DNA of 64,000 nucleotides from assembly GCA_963695875.1 (NCBI GenBank), contig CAVOID010000003.1, positions 224,001 through 288,000 on the forward strand. Direction: 5' to 3'. Each line of letters starts with the position of its first letter. Positions within the stretch are counted from its first letter, which is position 1. Positions 21,521 through 31,935 of the stretch are shown here, one piece after another. The DNA comes from an uncultured delta proteobacterium (GTDB taxonomy: Bacteria > Desulfobacterota > Syntrophia > Syntrophales > UBA2185). The translations under genes were made by a program, and so were the position numbers. The notes beneath the pieces were generated by a model. It was not told the DNA's origin. It ran no database searches and was given only the letters and a program-made list of their open reading frames with translations.

Positions 21521-21711
21521 GTGTTACGACAAAGTTTAGGGTGAATGACTTTAGAATATCATATGTTGCCATCTTCTGGCTGATAAAAATTCTTCGCAAA
21601 ACCTTCTTTAAAACATCAACTTGTTGAACATGATCTCTGCCTGAAGGTTCTACATCCTCATAATGACATTAATGTTAGATTTTAAAAGGTTCTAAGTAAA
21701 TAATCGCCTGT

Positions 21712-22703
21712 CTACTTTCGGATATCTTTGATAATCCGTTCAATTGCGCTGGTAAAGCTCAAACCGGATCGCTCTACAGCGGCAAAAAATCCTCCGTCCG
21801 GAGAAAGGCACGGATTTGTATTTACCTCCAGCACCCAGGGCTTGCCGGTTTTATCAACCCGGAAATCGACCCTTGCGTATCCCCGCAGACCGAATACACG
21901 CCAGCACCGCAGGGCCAAATCCGTCAGTTGATGAAGTGAAGGTTCGATCCTCCTTCGGAAAGTCAAAACACCGCGGTGTATGATGGTATTCAAAAGAATC
22001 TTCCACCCATTTGGAGCGGTAGTCAACCACCCTGGCCTTGCCAGGCGGAAAATCGTCGAAGCGAATCTCAGCAGGAGGGAGTACATTCCGGTCCCTTTGT
22101 CTCCCGCCAGCATAGAAAGATTGAATTCCCTTCCCTCAATGAATATCTCTGCAAAGCATGCCACACCAAGCTTTTCCTGCTGGGATGATATGGCCTTTAC
22201 TGAGATGGTGTTCATCCTGTGTGAAGATAATGGAATTTTCATTCAGCCATGAGGATGCATGTTCCCAGACGGCCTTGATGATATATGTGCCTTCGACAAA
22301 GGAGATTGTCGCTATGGTTATCGGGCTGATAAAAATGGAGGGGTTGCAGATACCTCGCGCTTGTAAGAACTGCTTAGCGAGAACCTTATTTGAAGTGAGA
22401 AACGTAGCTTCTGTTCCTGGCTCCGGTGTAAGGGATTCTCAGAATAGTCCATAAGGGAAGGGGCTATGTGAATCAGGCTGCCCTGGCCCTGCTATCGTCT
22501 CGACAAGGTTGAAAACGAAAGCCTGGCCGGATTTCCTTCAACATCTCGATTGTCTTTGAAAAATTAAGCGAGAAGGGAATGATGATGGGTTCATATCCCA
22601 GATCCGAGAGAGCCGATGAAACAAAGGCGGCCTGAACGAGGGCATCCTTTTCATCCATGCCGGCGTCTTCCGATACATCGCCATGTAAAACAACAGCCTT
22701 CAT
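21712..22703 (-). CDS. D-Ala-D-Ala ligase-like ATP-grasp protein 2 (frameshifted)
   Basis: FIEGREF, GYARVDFR, LEVNTNP; N-terminus in ORF 22473..22703. Confidence 0.85.
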
Positions 22704-22713
22704 GAAATACCCG

Positions 22714-23769
22714 TTAGAAAGACGATTCAGGAAATGCAGCAGTAAGAGTATGGTGCAGGATGGAAGATTTTACAGCACGGGAAACTGGTGTATGGAGATG
22801 GAGACGTTTCAATGCTGAACGCATAATCATATCGACAAGCTCGTGATAGGCAATTCCCGCGAGGTTACAGATTATGGGAAGATCTGAATGTTCAGGATGT
22901 AGACCGGCTAACGGGTTAACTTCCATGAAATTCGGTATTCCCTGGACATCGGCACGAAGGTCTACCCTGCCTGCATCCTTGCAGCCAAGGCCCCGCCATG
23001 CTGCAAGAGCAGTATCCTTTGCCAGTTGGGCCACAGGGTCATTGACCAGACGGTATTCCACGAGTTCCTCACAGTTTTCTTTGTTCACATAGGAATAGAC
23101 GTCCTTCTCGGCGTTTTCTTTAAGATGGACTTCCATAACCCCGAGTGCAATGGCATCCCTTCCCGTACCTACAATACCTATTGTGAATTCCCGGCCGGGA
23201 AGGAAATGCTCAACAAGGACAGGTTGACGGAATGTGGATAGAAGAGTCCGGCATACATGGAAGAGCTGCCTCCGTGAGTTAATCTTAGAAGCGGCAGTGA
23301 TGCCCTTGCTGGTGCCTTCGGCCACTGGCTTGGCGAAGAGGGGTAGTGGAATCTTAACTTTTCCTATATCGTCTTCCGTTTCAATTACAGCAAAATCCGG
23401 AGTTGGGATGCCGAGGTCACGAACAACGTGCTTGGTCAAGCCTTTGTGGAGGGTCAGAGAAAGAATAAGGGGGTCGGAAAAAGTGTAGGGGATGTTGTAG
23501 GCATCGAGGATGGCGGGTACCTGGGCTTCACGGCCAAGTCCCGCCATACCTTCAGCAATGTTAAATACTATATCCCACCTGTCACCTGATGCCAGACGTC
23601 TTACAAGAGACTTAATGTTGCCTATGCGATCGGTCAGGTAGCCTAAATCCTGTAATGTCTGCTCAATGGCATCTATAGTGTCCGCCCGGTCAAACTCCAG
23701 CGTTTCTTCCGCAGAATACCCTTCGGCAAGATAATCATCGCGAAGGTCGTATGTAATTCCGGTCTTCAC
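22714..23769 (-). CDS. D-Ala-D-Ala ligase-like ATP-grasp protein 1
   Basis: FNIAEG, KPVAEGTSKGI, EHFLPGREF, RVDLR, EVNPLAGL. Confidence 0.92.
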   Translation of the reverse strand: MKTGITYDLRDDYLAEGYSAEETLEFDRADTIDAIEQTLQDLGYLTDRIGNIKSLVRRLASGDRWDIVFNIAEGMAGLGREAQVPAILDAYNIPYTFSDPLILSLTLHKGLTKHVVRDLGIPTPDFAVIETEDDIGKVKIPLPLFAKPVAEGTSKGITAASKINSRRQLFHVCRTLLSTFRQPVLVEHFLPGREFTIGIVGTGRDAIALGVMEVHLKENAEKDVYSYVNKENCEELVEYRLVNDPVAQLAKDTALAAWRGLGCKDAGRVDLRADVQGIPNFMEVNPLAGLHPEHSDLPIICNLAGIAYHELVDMIMRSALKRLHLHTPVSRAVKSSILHHTLTAAFPESSF

Positions 23770-23778
23770 AGCAATACC

Positions 23779-25091
23779 TTACTGGTTGTCTGTTTGCGAT
23801 AACCGGCAGTCCGGATAACGATAGATATTCCCCTCATAGTTTCTCAGCATTAGATCGTTGCCATCCCGGCCGATAAGGTATTCGGGCAAGCAGAGGGATT
23901 TTACCGCCACCCCCCGGGGCATCTATGACATATGTCGGTACCGCATAACCGGTCGTATGGCCTCGCAGAGCCCTCAATAATATCGAGTCCCGTCTTTACA
24001 GGTGTGCGGAAATGAGATGATCCGGGAATCGGGTCACACTGATAAAGATAATAAGGCTTGACCCTTATTTTAAGCAAGCCTAGAACCAGTCGCTTCATGG
24101 TTTCCACATCGTCATTTATCTTGTGGAGCAGAACCGTCTGGCTGCCGAGAGGTATGCCTGCATTGGCAAGGCGAATACATGCCTGATTCATTTCAGGCGT
24201 TAATTCATCCGGATGATTTGCATGTATGCTCATCCAGAGTGGGTGAAAGCGCTTTAAGATTAATGTGAGTTTTGGTGTTATCCTCTGTGGCATCACAACG
24301 GGCACCTTGGTGCCGATGCGCAAAATTTCTATGTGTGGTATTTTTTTTAACCGGGCTAAAAGCCATTCCAGTCTTTCATCGGAAAGTGTCAGCGGATCCC
24401 CGCCGGATAACAGCACATCACGAATTTGAGGATTTGCCGCAATATAAGCAATCGCACCTTCCCAGGCATCAGTGTTTGACAGAGACTTTCTGTGACTGCC
24501 GACCATGCGTGACCGCGTGCAGTACCGGCAGTAGGTTGAACAGGTATCTGTCACGAGAAAAAGGACGCGATCCGGATAGCGATGTACAATTCCCGGGACA
24601 GGGCTGTCGTGCTCTTCTCCCAAAGGATCATCGGCTTCCCCCGCAGTGCGGCGGCATTCATCGGTCACGGGCACCACCATACGCCGCACCGGTTGATGCG
24701 GGTCAAATTCGTTAAGAAGGCTTGCGTAATAGGGCGTGATTGCAACCGGTAGTGAGCCTGCCTGATTGTCCATAGCATTGCGCTCGTCTTCTGAGAGCCA
24801 GATGAATTTCGACAGCGCATTGACGTCCCTTATACGGTTGCTGTATTGCCAGTGCCAGTTACTCCATTCAAGAGATGTTATTTCGGGATAGAAACGCTTC
24901 CGAAAAGTCCGGGATTGGGGACTTTCTTTAAAACGAAAAACATATGGGGCCCCTTTTGTCTGAGCGACAGAAGGGTTAAGAAGGGTGTTGTATGAAGTTA
25001 AGATGTCGTTTGTATAGTTCTCAATACCATCAAGACCTGCTAACTTACCTGGAGGTTCAGCCTCCTCGGTGAATAGCGTCTCGCTTTCCAT
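23779..25091 (-). CDS. KamA-family radical SAM/PLP aminomutase (lysine 2,3-aminomutase-like); frameshifts near the C-terminus
   Basis: [26 protein letters not shown]; shifted frame gives [13 protein letters not shown] (PLP Lys) to stop 23779. Confidence 0.92.
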
Positions 25092-25221
25092 ATTGTTATC
25101 CTCCTTTTCATGCAGGTATTGATATTAATTTTTTCCCTTTCTTTGTTCAGGTATTATATCGGTCTGTCTATTCCTTTTCTTTATGCTTGTCAATAATTTT
25201 TTAAAAAAAATTTTATTTTTC

Positions 25222-25249
25222 TTGACAAGAAAAACCAAGACATTAGAAT
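25222..25249 (+). promoter_or_regulatory. Putative sigma70 promoter of mutM; a divergent TTGACA-N17-TAGACA at 25193-25165 may serve the kamA operon
   Basis: TTGACA-N16-TAGAAT. Confidence 0.5.
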
Positions 25250-25277
25250 GCAGCAAATTTTTTATCGGAGTTGATCT

Positions 25278-26057
25278 ATGCCCGAGCTTCCCGAAGTAGA
25301 AACTTTATGCCGTCAATTGAAGCCGGTAATTCTCAGTGAAGAAATCCTTGGCATGGAGATACTCGATTCCAGACTGGGTGCCATAGACGGGCTGGTGGGG
25401 AAGAGAATTACCTCCGTGGCTCGTTACGGCAAAGGGCTGGAGATAAGGCTTGATAGCGGTACCTCGCTTTTTCTTCATCTTCGCATGACGGGCAGACTTC
25501 AGTGGGAGAGCGATCAGCGGGACTTGCCTCCCCACACCCGTTTTGTTATGATCTTTTCCACCGGCAGGCTTCTTTGTATAGATCCACGGCGATTTGCCAC
25601 GCTAACTCTCCAGGATAGTAGAATCAGTAAAACTTCAGTCAACGATCCTTTGCGGGACCGTTCTTTCTTGCAACTCAGGGAAATCGCCAAGACTAAAAAA
25701 CTTCCGGTGAAATCATTCCTGATGGATCAACGAATAATCGCCGGTATAGGAAATATCTATGCTTGCGAGATTCTCCATGAAGCCTCCGTGAATCCCTGGC
25801 GGCAGACATGTAATGTGTCGCGTAGCGAATGGGAGAAGATAGGAACAGTCACAAAAGATATCCTTAACAGGGCTATAGCCTGCCGGGGTACAACGGTATC
25901 CGATTGGCGAGACCTGTTTGGCAAAAAAGGTGAGTATCAGCACGAATTGAAAGTCTATGACCGCGAAGGACTTCCATGCCTCCGCTGTCACTGCAGTATT
26001 CAGCGTTTGCGCCTGAGCGGCAGGGGCACCTATTTCTGTCCTACCTGCCAGACATAA
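25278..26057 (+). CDS. mutM: Formamidopyrimidine-DNA glycosylase
   Basis: MPELPEVE, HLRMTG, GIGNIYA, C-terminal zinc finger. Confidence 0.96.
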   Translation: MPELPEVETLCRQLKPVILSEEILGMEILDSRLGAIDGLVGKRITSVARYGKGLEIRLDSGTSLFLHLRMTGRLQWESDQRDLPPHTRFVMIFSTGRLLCIDPRRFATLTLQDSRISKTSVNDPLRDRSFLQLREIAKTKKLPVKSFLMDQRIIAGIGNIYACEILHEASVNPWRQTCNVSRSEWEKIGTVTKDILNRAIACRGTTVSDWRDLFGKKGEYQHELKVYDREGLPCLRCHCSIQRLRLSGRGTYFCPTCQT

Positions 26058-26095
26058 TTTGATGTCTTTGGAATATCAATCTGTACTTTCCCGCA

Positions 26096-27220
26096 TTAAG
26101 GGTGAATGAGAAACCCAAGCCTTTTGTATAACCTTGGAATGAAATCACGATACCGTGCCTCTCCGTTTATAAATTGTATAATCTCACGTTCGTATTTTTT
26201 GCTCATATATAAAAGAGAAGGAAAGCTATAAAACAGCAGGGCAAGCCACATCGCTGGGATGAAATCCTTAACAATCTGTTCGTTGACATCCCGCGTATAC
26301 TGTTCCGTTAAAGCCCCCGACCTATTAAACGATGAATGTATTGCATCTGCCGCGAGCACACCGCTGTGTATTGCATGGCGGATTCCTTCGCCGGTCAAGG
26401 GATCTATGAGAGAGGCAGCATCTCCCACCAGGCAGATCCGTTTAGTATTAAGGGTGCGATATCCCCTGTTTAAAGGCAGCAGGCGTCCGCACTTGATTCT
26501 TTCCTCAGCGTTTTTTAAAAAGGAGAAATGTTCTTTAAAATGTTCGTATATGGAGGAAAATGCGGAGCAGCGGGAATTGCGCGTGAGAACGCCTATGGAG
26601 TAATGATCACCTTTCGGGAATATCCATCCATAGCCGTTTTGTATGTCACCGAACCTAAAAAAGATGCGATTACTGAAGGAGTCCGGTATTGTCCCATCGA
26701 CCGGATACATTTCTCCTGCCAGGGCAATGCCAAATTGATCGCCCTGTAATCCTGCAGCGTGCGCGGAGACACTGTTTGATCCGTCGGCTCCCACAACAAT
26801 ACGGCCTTGAAATGTTTCACCTCCTTCAGTGCGGATAGCGGCCTCCCTTCTTCCTTCTTCCACAGCGACAACCTTGACTCCTTCCATGAGTTTTGCGCCG
26901 GAGCGGACTGCCTCTTCTACCAGCCGGTGGTCAAAGCGATTACGCGAAACCATTTCAATCCTCAGACCAGGTGGGCATAATGTGCACTCCGGTCCTTGTT
27001 TGTAGGACAGTGTGAGACCTGTTACGACGCTTTCAACTGTGGCAGAATAGTCAAAATCGATGTGTTTTGTGATAGCCTGTGTCAGAGCTCCACCGCAGGC
27101 CATGTATCGTGGAAGGCGTTCCTTTTCTATCAGAAGGGTGAGAAGACCCTTGCGGGCCGTCCGGGAAGCGGCGACGGCTCCTGCAGGTCCCGCACCGATA
27201 ACAATAACGTCATATGCCAT
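26096..27220 (-). CDS. Geranylgeranyl reductase family FAD oxidoreductase
   Basis: GAGPAG, CGG, GADG, YGWIFPK, VGDAA..P..GEGI. Confidence 0.9.
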   Translation of the reverse strand: MAYDVIVIGAGPAGAVAASRTARKGLLTLLIEKERLPRYMACGGALTQAITKHIDFDYSATVESVVTGLTLSYKQGPECTLCPPGLRIEMVSRNRFDHRLVEEAVRSGAKLMEGVKVVAVEEGRREAAIRTEGGETFQGRIVVGADGSNSVSAHAAGLQGDQFGIALAGEMYPVDGTIPDSFSNRIFFRFGDIQNGYGWIFPKGDHYSIGVLTRNSRCSAFSSIYEHFKEHFSFLKNAEERIKCGRLLPLNRGYRTLNTKRICLVGDAASLIDPLTGEGIRHAIHSGVLAADAIHSSFNRSGALTEQYTRDVNEQIVKDFIPAMWLALLFYSFPSLLYMSKKYEREIIQFINGEARYRDFIPRLYKRLGFLIHP

Positions 27221-27242
27221 TTTTCATATTGTTCCTCGGGCA

Positions 27243-27454
27243 TGACTGGCCATTGAAAAACGCCTCCCCCCCTTCGCGGGGACAGGCTTTGCAGCGTTGC
27301 GCTGCGTCCTTTCCTTCGACAAGCTCAGGACAGGCTTTCTGGGCCTGCATGGTGAGCTTGTCGAACCATGCGCGCCTTGCTGCTGAGCATCCCGTATAAG
27401 GTACGGGACAAGCTTTTTAACAGCCTGGTGAAAAGTGTGTTTTTCAACACTCTC
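27243..27454. repeat. Composite/nested palindromic repeat
   Basis: Family-A-like scaffold (GCGTTGCGCT.., GCGCGCCTTGC) carrying three hairpins ending GACA(G/A)GCT, plus a GTGAGCTTGTCGAA segment complementary to one of them. Confidence 0.7.
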
Positions 27455-28492
27455 TTAACGCTTGGTGGTTTCCAGAGTTGCCCGCAGCATCCCCAGACCG
27501 TTCCGAATTTCAAACGTGCCTGTGTATTTACGGATGTCATCGTCCGAGTACTTGATGACACAGCTCGGGGTTGATTTGACTTTGTATGTACTTATGATCT
27601 TGTTAAGTGCCGGATACACCGGTTTAAGGTCATATGGCGTAAAAGAAACACCCTGTGAGCTCAGTGCCATTTTGAGCTCTTCTTCACTCAAAGCAGCATG
27701 CTTTTTCGCGAGGGAAAACAGGACTCTCCTTGCATAGAGGATACTTTCGTAACTTGTTCCTGCCCTGGCTGCATATAGGAAGTACCGGGCATACAGAGGA
27801 GTTTCCTTATGGATAGGAAGATCGACGAAGATCACTCGCACCCCACCCATGGAAAGGAATTCAGTTAGAGCAGGATCAATCTCGGACTCAAGAAGCTGGC
27901 ATGGCGGGCAGAAATAATCTGTAAAGACGATCAATTCATATTTCCCGTGACCGTAGGAAGGCACCAATGATCTTTCTGCCCCATACGCGGGTGTTGCAGA
28001 ACCGGAAAATGTCAGGACGATAAAAATATATCCCAGGAGGATGAAAAACAGAAGTGGTACCCTCAGATTGTTAGCCGGGATAAATTCCGCTTCTCCAAGT
28101 CCGTAGATCAACTTTTTCAACATACCATACTCCCCAATAAGTGGCCGTTCGTAGTTAAGAATAAATGCCATGATGATTATGGATGCAAACGTCAGGCAAT
28201 AGGGACAAAACACATCTTCTTTGAACTGAAATGCGATGAGGTAAGCCTCAACACCAATCCCTGCTGCTAACAATGTGCGGACATAAGCCATTTGCTTGAA
28301 GGCGGCAAGGATGATGATCACGAGCATATACCCGATACCGATGTACATCAGGTCAATCCCGAGGATATCTCCCTGAAGGTAAGAACAGGTAGTTTCGCAC
28401 GTCGCGTAAAGCAGCATAATCCCAATACCTGCAGTCGCAAGGATTATTGTAATGACATTTCTGCGTGCTTTTATTTTTCCAGCTATATTCAT
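27455..28492 (-). CDS. VKOR-like membrane domain fused to a DsbA/thioredoxin domain
   Basis: CETTC and TM-embedded CPYC; C-terminal FTDYFCPPC and cis-Pro STP. Confidence 0.8.
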   Translation of the reverse strand: MNIAGKIKARRNVITIILATAGIGIMLLYATCETTCSYLQGDILGIDLMYIGIGYMLVIIILAAFKQMAYVRTLLAAGIGVEAYLIAFQFKEDVFCPYCLTFASIIIMAFILNYERPLIGEYGMLKKLIYGLGEAEFIPANNLRVPLLFFILLGYIFIVLTFSGSATPAYGAERSLVPSYGHGKYELIVFTDYFCPPCQLLESEIDPALTEFLSMGGVRVIFVDLPIHKETPLYARYFLYAARAGTSYESILYARRVLFSLAKKHAALSEEELKMALSSQGVSFTPYDLKPVYPALNKIISTYKVKSTPSCVIKYSDDDIRKYTGTFEIRNGLGMLRATLETTKR

Positions 28493-28549
28493 TTGCAGAC
28501 CTCAAGTTACATTTTATAGCACGTTAACGTTATTTACATCAAGTCTGTC

Positions 28550-28584
28550 GAGGTTGTTGAAGAACACACTTTTTAATAGGCTGT
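28550..28584. repeat. 35-bp inverted copy of 27420..27454
   Basis: GAGGTTGTTGAAGAACACACTTTTTAATAGGCTGT vs reverse complement of 27420..27454: 29/35 identical. Confidence 0.7.
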
Positions 28585-28643
28585 ATCGATGTCACCTTAT
28601 GTTATCAGCATATGGAGCTTGATGATTTTGTAAAGATGCACTT

Positions 28644-29813
28644 TTAATCCCTCTCCAGTCCTGCCTTTCTTATCCATTCTGATACCAGTTTGTCCTCCGA
28701 AAGAGAGCTGTCCAGAGGAACCAATGTCCAGACAAAACGGTTGTCGCTGGCGAGAAGTGTCCTGGAACTCTTCAGCTCATTCTGGAGGGCGGTCTTCTGT
28801 TTATTGATATTTTCAATGGCATTTTCCATGGACCGTCTATGATAGTTTCCGCGGGTCTCTTTGATAAAGCTGAGACGGAGGTCCAGTTCTTGAACCTGTC
28901 TCTTTATCTGGTCCTCACGTCCCTCGTCCCGGAAAGGCGAGGCGGCATTTACAAAACTAAGTTGCAGCTTCCCCGCATACATACCGTTTCTGTAGGATTC
29001 AAAGATGGCTGTTTGTTTTTCCCAAACTGGCGTCTGGATATACCTGCCTTCGTGTCCTCCCAAGACGAAGTTAATCCCTGAGACTGCCTTGACGACCTCC
29101 CGTTCTCTATATGAATCGAGTGCTGAAAGAAGGATAATGACATCCGCCCTGCCGCGGAGCTTGTCGAGCACTGCCCGTGCCGTTTCGATTGGGTCGTTTA
29201 CCAGGAATTTCTCCATCTCTGACTTCTGGATAGCTGGATTAATGTCTGGTGAAAGAAGGCCAAAGAAGGCAAATCTGGTTTTGCCGAATTTTTTGATGAT
29301 GTAAGGCTGAAAAATCGGCTTTCTGTCCGTAGGTTCTACCAGATTGGAAGAAATAAGAGGAAGGCCCCGGGACGCCTCGATACGTAAGAATGTCAAGCCC
29401 TGTACTAGATCAAAGGCACCTACATTGATGACCGCGACTCCCATGCGCTTGCATGCGCGACTGATCAACTGGGCCTTGGTGAGGGATAGTTGATGATCGA
29501 CACCTGCCCTCATATCTGTAAATAGATTTCCGGAATCGACGACCAGAACCGGCTTTCCTTCATCTTTCAACTTTTCCACAAGAGATACTCGCCTGGCCAG
29601 ACCGCCCAGCACCTTGTTCCCTCAGGTAGGGCAGGGAAATATGTGTCCGTTGATATTATTGCTGTGAATAATCGTCAGTTGGGCAGTCTCTGCATAAATA
29701 TCTGTAAGCAGGCATGTGTGGAGGGAGAAAAGGAATACGCCGAACACGACGATAAAAGGTTTTATGCGCCGTGATACTTTAAGGACATTTGCCTGTCTAT
29801 TTGTTGATTCCAT
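28644..29813 (-). CDS. UshA-like (calcineurin-like fold) selenoprotein with in-frame UGA at 29624..29622
   Basis: ORFs 29622..29813 and 28644..29612 are in one frame, joined as ..GHIFPCPT-U-GNKVLGGLARR; N-terminal signal/TM. Confidence 0.85.
29593..29609 (-). promoter_or_regulatory. Bacterial SECIS-like hairpin
   Basis: CTGGGC-GGTCT-GGCCAG stem-loop starting 13 nt after the UGA, with a G-first GGUCU loop. Confidence 0.7.
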
Positions 29814-29818
29814 ATTTA

Positions 29819-30778
29819 CTATTTTTTATTGGCATCTTCCAGGGCACTTTCCGAGGCATCTTCCGGTGCTGCGTAATGATTGTTTACAGGGCAAGATAGA
29901 ATTCCTGTTGCTTCGCATGCCTTTGCCTCGAACTGCAGGACGGGGTGATCGATAGAAAAGCGACATAAGAGCAGTTCCCGGATCTGGGCGGCAATCTCAT
30001 CAACCCTGCTTAGCATCTGGTCCGGCACAACGACGTGAACGATGAGTGCGACACCTTCGGATGAAATGTTCCAGGCATGGAGATGATGGATTCGCTCCAC
30101 ACCTTTTATGGCTTCTATTTCCCGTTGTATGACTTCAAGGTCGAGTCCCGGGGGTGTGGCATTCATGAAGATTCCGAAGGCGTCTTTAAGAATACCCCAC
30201 CCGCTATACAGGATCAAAGCCACGATGAACCATGATACTATGGGGTCAAGCCAGTACCACGGTTTGAATATCCATATGGCGCCTAAAATAGCCACTCCGA
30301 GAGAGCTTAAGGTATCGGTTAACATATGCAAAAAGGCGCTCCGAATGTTGAGATTTCCCTTGGCCCCTGGTCGGAGCATAAGCGTAGATATCATGTTTGC
30401 CAGAAAAGCTATGGAGGCAATCAAAACAACATAGCTGCCGTGAATTGGCTGGGGGTTCCGGAGGCGATTCCATCCTTCAACGGTAATATAGATGCCTGCT
30501 CCGAAAAGCAAGGCAACATTAAATACAGCCGCAAAGACTTCCAGGCGCTTATATCCAAAGGTATGCCTCAGCGTGGGTCCACGTCTTCCGATGCGCAGGG
30601 CCGAATAGGTGATCAAGACGGAAGTGAAATCACTCAGATTATGGAGGGCATCGCTGATCAGGGCCATACTACCCGATACGATTCCTCCGTAGATCTGGAC
30701 GACAGGTATGATCAGGTTCATGACCATGGTGGCAATCAGTCGCCTGCCCCATGATATTTCATGATTATGTGCCATCAT
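29819..30778 (-). CDS. Cation diffusion facilitator (CzcD/ZitB-like) metal exporter
   Basis: SDALHNLSD, TFGYKRLE, LHMLTD, HHLHAW. Confidence 0.95.
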   Translation of the reverse strand: MMAHNHEISWGRRLIATMVMNLIIPVVQIYGGIVSGSMALISDALHNLSDFTSVLITYSALRIGRRGPTLRHTFGYKRLEVFAAVFNVALLFGAGIYITVEGWNRLRNPQPIHGSYVVLIASIAFLANMISTLMLRPGAKGNLNIRSAFLHMLTDTLSSLGVAILGAIWIFKPWYWLDPIVSWFIVALILYSGWGILKDAFGIFMNATPPGLDLEVIQREIEAIKGVERIHHLHAWNISSEGVALIVHVVVPDQMLSRVDEIAAQIRELLLCRFSIDHPVLQFEAKACEATGILSCPVNNHYAAPEDASESALEDANKK

Positions 30779-30796
30779 TTTTTCAATTTAAATGTT

Positions 30797-31687
30797 TTAC
30801 CCTTTTACGAGCAAGACGGGCCTATCGCTATATTCCGCCACATTCCGGGAAACGGATCCCCAGAGGATCCCTTCCACATGAGCTTTCCCGTGGGTGCATA
30901 AAACAATAAGAGAAACATCTTCTTCTTTCGCAACCTTGATTAAATCTGCCCGTGGATTGCCGAGGGAGAGGTGTATTTTGGCACTGAATCCCTCACTATC
31001 AAGCTCGTCTTTGAGCTGTGCCAGTTTCTCAAAGTCAATCCTCTGAAACTCCCTGAATTGCTCCGGCGATTGAAGCTTCATAGCCTTCTCATCCATAATA
31101 TGGGCGATAACGACCTCTTCAACCCCTGCTTCCTTCAGGCCTTTCAGATATCTCAGTGCCGCTTTTGCACACTCGGACCAGTCAGTCGGGTAAAGGATCT
31201 TTGTAAACAACCTCTGTGAAAATCGCTCACATGTCTTCCTATCCGCTCCCATTACCCCAGGGTACTTCGGAATATATACCGGAATGGCACCATAACGGAT
31301 GACTTTGTCTGTTATTGAACCCACGAAAATTTCGCCGAGATATCCTTTTCTTTCCCTGCCGGATACAATCAGTGAGACATTTTCTTCCTTGGCAACCCTC
31401 AGTATCTCCAGATGTGGTTCCCCGGTCTCTATCCGCTTTGTTGCCTTCATTCCCGCATCTTCAATGATACTGACGGCATCTTCCATTTTAGCGTCCAAAA
31501 AGGCTCTCAGATCATCTTCAAGTTTGAAGGTGTATCTTTCTTGCAACGCCGGCAATTTTGCAGAATGAATGACATGTATGAGCACAATCTCCTCAGTCCC
31601 GACTTTTTTAAAGTTCAGAATGCATGCCAGTATATCGAGGTAGAACTCTTCAAATGCCGTAAGATAGAGTATTTTTTTATACATCAT
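30797..31687 (-). CDS. Tandem universal stress protein
   Basis: Two USP domains (GSITDKVIR; ILYPTDWS..GSVSRNV). Confidence 0.92.
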   Translation of the reverse strand: MMYKKILYLTAFEEFYLDILACILNFKKVGTEEIVLIHVIHSAKLPALQERYTFKLEDDLRAFLDAKMEDAVSIIEDAGMKATKRIETGEPHLEILRVAKEENVSLIVSGRERKGYLGEIFVGSITDKVIRYGAIPVYIPKYPGVMGADRKTCERFSQRLFTKILYPTDWSECAKAALRYLKGLKEAGVEEVVIAHIMDEKAMKLQSPEQFREFQRIDFEKLAQLKDELDSEGFSAKIHLSLGNPRADLIKVAKEEDVSLIVLCTHGKAHVEGILWGSVSRNVAEYSDRPVLLVKG

Positions 31688-31838
31688 TTCCCCTTTCCCC
31701 TGTCGACTGAACCATAATAACCGATATTGCGGGACCTGCACAAGGAATTTATAGCTGATATCGTCATTGTCAAGGGAAATGATGCGTCTTTATATATGCC
31801 TGTTAGTACAGGTGGTCATCAGGTAAATTGTTTACTCA

Positions 31839-31867
31839 TTGACGTATCTGAAATTGGACTTTATAAT
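31839..31867 (+). promoter_or_regulatory. Sigma70 promoter
   Basis: TTGACG-N17-TATAAT. Confidence 0.75.
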
Positions 31868-31935
31868 TATTCAATAGTGGAAAACAGAATTATGGAAGAA
31901 TTAATATTGGGGATATTATAAGGAGGGGCATAATA

